In this document: positions 15,759 to 17,211 of the stretch, in pieces
How positions within the stretch are numbered: the first letter of the stretch is position 1
Layout: each line of letters opens with the position of its first letter
Made by a program: the position numbers and the translations under genes
The notes under the pieces: generated by a model
Told to the model about the DNA's origin: nothing
Databases searched by the model: none
What the model saw: only the letters and a program-made list of their open reading frames with translations
Source: an uncultured bacterium
GTDB lineage: Bacteria; Caldisericota; Caldisericia; B22-G15
Direction of reading: 5' to 3'
DNA length: 17,211 nucleotides
Assembly: GCA_965612865.1 (NCBI GenBank)
Contig: CBFDTJ010000027.1
Span: forward strand, 1 to 17,211

Positions 15759-16880
15759 ATGCTTAAAAGACTGTTTGTATGTTTAATCATTGTTGGTTTT
15801 ATTTTAACAGGTTCCCTGATTCTTTCCTTATCTGGTTGTAATGTAAAGAAAGTGGATAAAATTCCCTTTTTCTCCTTCTCTTTTTACAATGAGAGGGATA
15901 AAAATAGTGTATTTTTAAATTACTGGGATGTTGAGAGTGGAAAAGTTTATTTAAACGAAAAGAGGCTATACATAGGTTATAGAAGAGGAGTAAATACAGA
16001 TATTCTTCCATACTTCTGGGATGGTAAAGGAAATATGTATTTGAACTGCCTTTTGAAGAAAAAGGATAAAAGCATAAACCCAATTGTCTCAAATATATCA
16101 TCCTATTCACAGGAAAGGTTCTATTCATTTTCAGATGAGAAAGAAGTATTCTATGTGGATTTGAAGGATGATGTGTTAAAAATTTACAAACAAGAAAATG
16201 AAGATATAATCTTAACTAAAACTTTTCAAATCTCCCATCTTTTACCCAAGGATATTCTTCCCGGTCAAAAACCATTACCGCTTTTTCTTTTTAAAGAAGA
16301 TGATAAGATGTGGATTATAATTGATTATCTTTCAAAGAACATGATTTATGAAGATACTCTAACAGAGAAGTTTTTTATCTATAGGATTGAAGGAGATAGT
16401 ATCAAGTTTATAAAGATAAAAGGCATAGATAATTTCTCCTTAAATTTTCTTGTCTCAGAGGAAGTTTTTAAGAAAATAGCAAAGGACAATAAATATATTT
16501 ATATTCCTCTGTGTTTAAAGGATATGTGTGGAAGAGTTTGTAAGATAAACCTGGATACTGGTGAGGTTTCTTTTCTTAACTCAAAAGAGGAGAATCTTCC
16601 TCCCATCTCTTTTGTTGGAATTTACAATGATTTCTTAATAGTTTACACAAGATATGAAATATTTGCCTTAAAAGATGGAAGAGTAGTTGGAAAGATTTTA
16701 ATTTCCAAGGATGGAAAGAATCTTACCGTTTATAAAGGAGGAAGAATTACACAGAGAAGAGAGATTAAAAATCCCTACCCAGATATCATGTTCCCAAATA
16801 CAAATTCACCTAAAGAAATTAAATTTGACGCCCCTTTCAAATTTTTTATACAGTTATCTCAAGGAGTGGGGTGTGATTAA
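15759..16880 (+). CDS. Hypothetical lipoprotein
   Basis: Basic N-terminus, hydrophobic stretch and lipobox LSGC (Cys27). The body is rich in aromatic and beta-strand residues and in A+T. No family recognised. Confidence 0.7.
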   Translation: MLKRLFVCLIIVGFILTGSLILSLSGCNVKKVDKIPFFSFSFYNERDKNSVFLNYWDVESGKVYLNEKRLYIGYRRGVNTDILPYFWDGKGNMYLNCLLKKKDKSINPIVSNISSYSQERFYSFSDEKEVFYVDLKDDVLKIYKQENEDIILTKTFQISHLLPKDILPGQKPLPLFLFKEDDKMWIIIDYLSKNMIYEDTLTEKFFIYRIEGDSIKFIKIKGIDNFSLNFLVSEEVFKKIAKDNKYIYIPLCLKDMCGRVCKINLDTGEVSFLNSKEENLPPISFVGIYNDFLIVYTRYEIFALKDGRVVGKILISKDGKNLTVYKGGRITQRREIKNPYPDIMFPNTNSPKEIKFDAPFKFFIQLSQGVGCD

Positions 16881-16943
16881 AAAATTAATTGTTGCTTTGG
16901 TAGTTTTAGAAGATAACTTATACATAAATGAGGGAGGAACTAC

Positions 16944-17186
16944 ATGAAAAGAAAAATTATTATCTTTTTATTGATCTTTATAGGTATCTTTGTTGTTTCA
17001 GGTCTTTACTTTATAGAAAAAATATCCAAAGAGAGTTTCATTGGGGAAGTTAAAAGTGTTACAATATTCTTCAACAAAGCATTTCTAACTCTTCCAGATG
17101 GAAAGAGAGTAATTGTTGATATACCAAAAAAAGGAATGTCAGTGGCCTTTCTTCCAAAAGATAATAAATATCCAAAGGGTGTAGAG
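16944..17186 (+). CDS. Partial hypothetical exported or membrane-anchored protein (truncated at the contig end)
   Basis: SD GGAGGA and ATG 16944. Frame MKRKIIIFLLIFIGIFVVSGLYFIEKISKE...KYPKGVE stays open until the adapter. Confidence 0.75.
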
Positions 17187-17211
17187 CTGTCTCTTATACA
17201 CATCTCCGAGC
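17187..17211 (+). other. Nextera/Tn5 sequencing adapter (technical artefact)
   Basis: CTGTCTCTTATACACATCT (19-bp mosaic end) followed by CCGAGC, the start of the Nextera read-through adapter, at the extreme end of the sequence. Confidence 0.98.

Noticed and set aside
17006..17203. 65-aa minus-strand ORF starting MCIRDS, or a Tn5/IS50 element end
   Set aside because: The start comes from the reverse complement of the Nextera adapter. No transposase is present.
1..17211. CRISPR arrays, tRNA/rRNA genes, IS elements, and introns or inteins in nrdD
   Set aside because: No repeat-spacer periodicity, structural RNA gene signatures, transposase or integrase ORFs, or intein motifs were seen. The NrdD barrel appears uninterrupted.

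Overview
AT-rich, gene-dense bacterial chromosomal window, probably from an anaerobe (inferred from gene content; the taxon cannot be established here). From left to right: (i) a minus-strand copper-resistance operon (csoR, a CPH-motif P1B-3 ATPase and a partial membrane-anchored ORF) with a sigma70 promoter and CsoR operator; (ii) a divergent class III ribonucleotide reductase operon led by a cobalamin riboswitch; (iii) six minus-strand genes: membrane protein, conserved hypothetical, membrane-anchored HhH protein, Clp1/Nol9-type polynucleotide kinase, SAM methyltransferase and MBL hydrolase; (iv) plus-strand CoA-disulfide reductase-rhodanese, gamma-carbonic anhydrase-like protein, adenine deaminase, allantoinase/dihydroorotase-family amidohydrolase, a probable lipoprotein and a truncated ORF. 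The last 25 nt are Nextera/Tn5 adapter. The most striking observation is that NrdD appears to be naturally split. The 699-aa catalytic subunit has no glycyl-radical motif, has lost all four C-terminal Zn ligands and ends in an acidic tail. The glycyl-radical loop (YSRVVGYF) is on a separate, strongly basic 49-aa peptide with its own Shine-Dalgarno sequence, translationally coupled between nrdD and nrdG.
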